DNA of 64,000 nucleotides from Ranitomeya imitator (Eukaryota): assembly GCF_032444005.1 (NCBI RefSeq), contig NC_091283.1, positions 384,772,001 to 384,836,000 of the forward strand, written 5' to 3'. The notes beneath the pieces were generated by a model. That model saw only the letters and a program-made list of their open reading frames with translations. It was not told the origin of the DNA and made no database searches. A program made the position numbers and the translations under genes. Each line of letters begins with the position of its first letter. Positions within the stretch are counted from its first letter, which is position 1. This document shows positions 61,578 to 64,000 of the stretch, piece by piece.

Positions 61578-62304
61578 CTGTAACAAATGCATAACGTCAC
61601 ATAGTATATAGCTACAAAATAGACGCATAAACTATAAAATACTTACACTAATAATTAAAAATAATAGTCAAGCCGCAATAATGGTGACAATCAGACATTC
61701 AACATAACGTCACGCAGTATATAGCGACAAAATAGGCACATAAACTATAAAATACTTACAATAATTAGATTTAAAAATAATAGTCAAGCGGCAATAATGG
61801 TGACAATCAGACATTCAACATTAAATAAACATTTTACAGCCCGTGATACGCGAACAGAAACTCACATTGACGGTCTTCAATATCTTGTCAACTCTTCAGC
61901 CTGAGCGTTCTGTTTAACTGACTGATGCGCAATACATCGATTTACATCTTAGACACAATATAGCTAACGCCGGCGTTATCAATTTTGAGAGTCTAAAAGA
62001 TCTAGTGTTAGCTTACACTTCCTCTACAGCTCCTGAAAATGAAAAGACGCTCGTCGTAGAGCAGAATGGTATTCTGCGGGTCAAAAAGTACTGGGACATT
62101 GTAACTCGCACCTTACGCAAAACTCAACACTGCGTCTATACCAAGAGGCAGTTGTTTGATGACTTTACTTCTTTATCCTACGGTTATTAGAGCTGAATTC
62201 CCCTTTTCTTCAAACAACTGATGTCCCTTTATCTCCGCTACAGGTGCAGAATATGATACAGACTACAGCACCATCAAGCGCCCGAAGCGTAGCTATAGAC
62301 AGAG

Positions 62305-63101
62305 ACACCTTAGCAGCGTCGATACGCGTTGGGCTCCTATCCTCTCTCCCCCCCCCCCCCCCCTTCCTCTTCCCCCATTTTTTCAGATCCTCCTGATCTA
62401 AGCTCCACTTTCAGGATTACTCAGCCTTATTTGGCAGCACTAGCCATTGCATGTCTGTTGCATTTACATTGGCCTTAAGGGCACACATGCTTATTCTTTC
62501 TCTCTGGATATGTATGGGGAATTGACTTCTCGGCAGCAGGCTCTGCAGTGCTTGGTAATGTATCATGTGGGGTGCCAGAACAGGGGCAGGTTATAAACGG
62601 GTCGCACCAGCACTTTGTCTGGCCTAGTATCTGATTTTTTTCAGGACATTAATCGTGCATCTGTCACAGGCTCGCTGTGCGACTGGGGTATATTGGTCAC
62701 ATTAAGGATTCAACTGAGACTTCTTTTCATTAAGACTTTTCTAGTTGGCAGTACCAGATATCAAATATATGCATTGTTGTTATTCTGCCTAACTTGTATA
62801 TGTCTGCCACATGATTTGTACATTTATTGTATATGATTATATGAATTCTTGTGACTGTATTGGGGTGGATGTGGATAGGTTGGTTTAGCTTTTAATTGTT
62901 TTTAAATGTTTGTTTCTCCTTATCTTGCCTTCGTGCGTGGTGAGGTGGTATATCTATAATAAAATTTGTTATATTAAGCTGATCCCACTGTGTGCATAGT
63001 CTTTTTCTCTCTTTTTTTTTCTGTGGATTGTATATATGCACGTGGTTGATCTTCTTAGCATATTTGCTGTGCGGTGCCCGCCTTTCTGCTTTTCTTCAAT
63101 T
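62305..63101 (+). mobile_element. 797-bp insertion with a 13-bp TSD, possibly a Penelope-derived fragment
   Basis: GCTATAGACAGAG duplicated at 62292-62304 and 63102-63114; absent from the homologous site near 55745; begins with hammerhead-3'-strand-like GATACGCGTTGGG. Confidence 0.6.
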
Positions 63102-63185
63102 GCTATAGACAGAGTCGTTACGTAAAAACAGAAACGTGCTCTGGAATTTACACAGCCGTGCCACGGTTCTTAAACATTCAACATC

Positions 63186-63851
63186 ACGGACCCCCGGTTA
63201 CAGCACCCCTTCTCGTGCATTCTAGCGGGCCCTTCTAACTCTGGAAAATCCTATTTTGTCAAACAGATTTTAGTTCACGCGACGACACATTTATCTCACA
63301 AACCCGATAATATTGTTTGGTTTTATTCTTGCTGGCAAAAAATGTACGATGAACTGAGTCATTCCTTCCCCAGTATTCGTTTTATCAAAGGTTTGCCGCA
63401 GACATTTGTAGATGATGAACTCTTCCCGCCTGACAAGATCAACTTGGCGGTGGTGGACGATCTCATGGAGGCCGCTAGCTGTAATTCAGAACTGGAAAAA
63501 GCGTTTACTAAGTACGTTCATCATAGAAGCTTGAGCCTATTCTATTTGGCTCAAAATGTTTATGGTCAGGGGAAAAAGAGTAGAACCATCACCTTGAATA
63601 CCAAGTACATGGTTCTATTTAAGAACCCACGCGATAAAATACAAATTGTCACGCTGGCCCGGCAGATGTACCCGAGGAACTCGCGTTTCTTCTTAGAAGT
63701 TTTCGAAGATGCTACACGAGAGCCTTACGGATTCTTGCTTGTAGATTTGAGAGGTGATACGCCCGAGGAATATCGTTTAAGAACGGATCTGTTTCCACCA
63801 GCTTTACCCACAGCGTATATTCAAAAAGAAAAAATTCATTCTAAAAAGTGA
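63186..63851 (+). pseudogene. Second copy of the packaging ATPase (start ATG mutated to ACG, otherwise open)
   Basis: (T)DPRLQHPFSCILAGPSNSGKS...; 10 differences over the 169 aligned C-terminal residues versus the first copy. Confidence 0.88.
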
Positions 63852-64000
63852 ATTTTCTCTGCGGTGATTATTCAGCCCCGTAACCTTCATTCTATCAACA
63901 TGTCTGAGAGAGTGAGGTGTAACTGGGGACTCTTGAAAAAGCTGATGAAAGCATCCTCGTCGGAGAGAAAGTTTATTCTGAAGACCGCCGGCAGAGATTT

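Larger units (their letters stand above)
52881..61925 (-). mobile_element. Maverick/Polinton (endogenous adintovirus-like) element, deleted and decayed
   Basis: Terminus AGTAGT at 52881, protein-primed PolB, packaging ATPase, two small conserved ORFs, accessory region. Integrase, capsid and adenain genes are not seen in the window. Confidence 0.88.
61926..64000 (+). mobile_element. Inverted partial second copy of the Maverick module (pPolB 3' end, ATPase, start of the small basic gene), continuing beyond the window
   Basis: 61926-61958 is the reverse complement of 56713-56745, then the match jumps to ~56086 and runs on through the ATPase into MSERVR at 63900. Confidence 0.9.

Overview
Vertebrate (very probably anuran) repeat-saturated genomic DNA with no prokaryotic features and essentially no intact housekeeping gene. 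From left to right: (1) the right end of a piggyBac-like non-autonomous element carrying telomere-like repeats and a Harbinger-type MITE. (2) A minus-strand Penelope-like retroelement (4023-12960) with a minimal hammerhead ribozyme, broken by four nested insertions. (3) Four in-frame exons of a frog KRAB/FAX-type zinc-finger gene (13374-14146) with no zinc-finger exon in the window. (4) A minus-strand L2 LINE with a 2A-like motif, joined directly to an ~11.4 kb 53-bp satellite. (5) A hAT transposon (8-bp TSD) inserted in that satellite and itself containing a chromodomain Gypsy element with ~99% identical LTRs. (6) DIRS1-type tyrosine-recombinase retroelements with ITRs and an ICR. (7) A decayed Maverick/Polinton (adintovirus-like) element from 52881, with protein-primed PolB, packaging ATPase, two small conserved ORFs, a spliced acidic gene carrying SUMO-interaction-like motifs, and an inverted partial duplicate running off the right edge. 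All family names come from reading motifs by eye; no database search was run.
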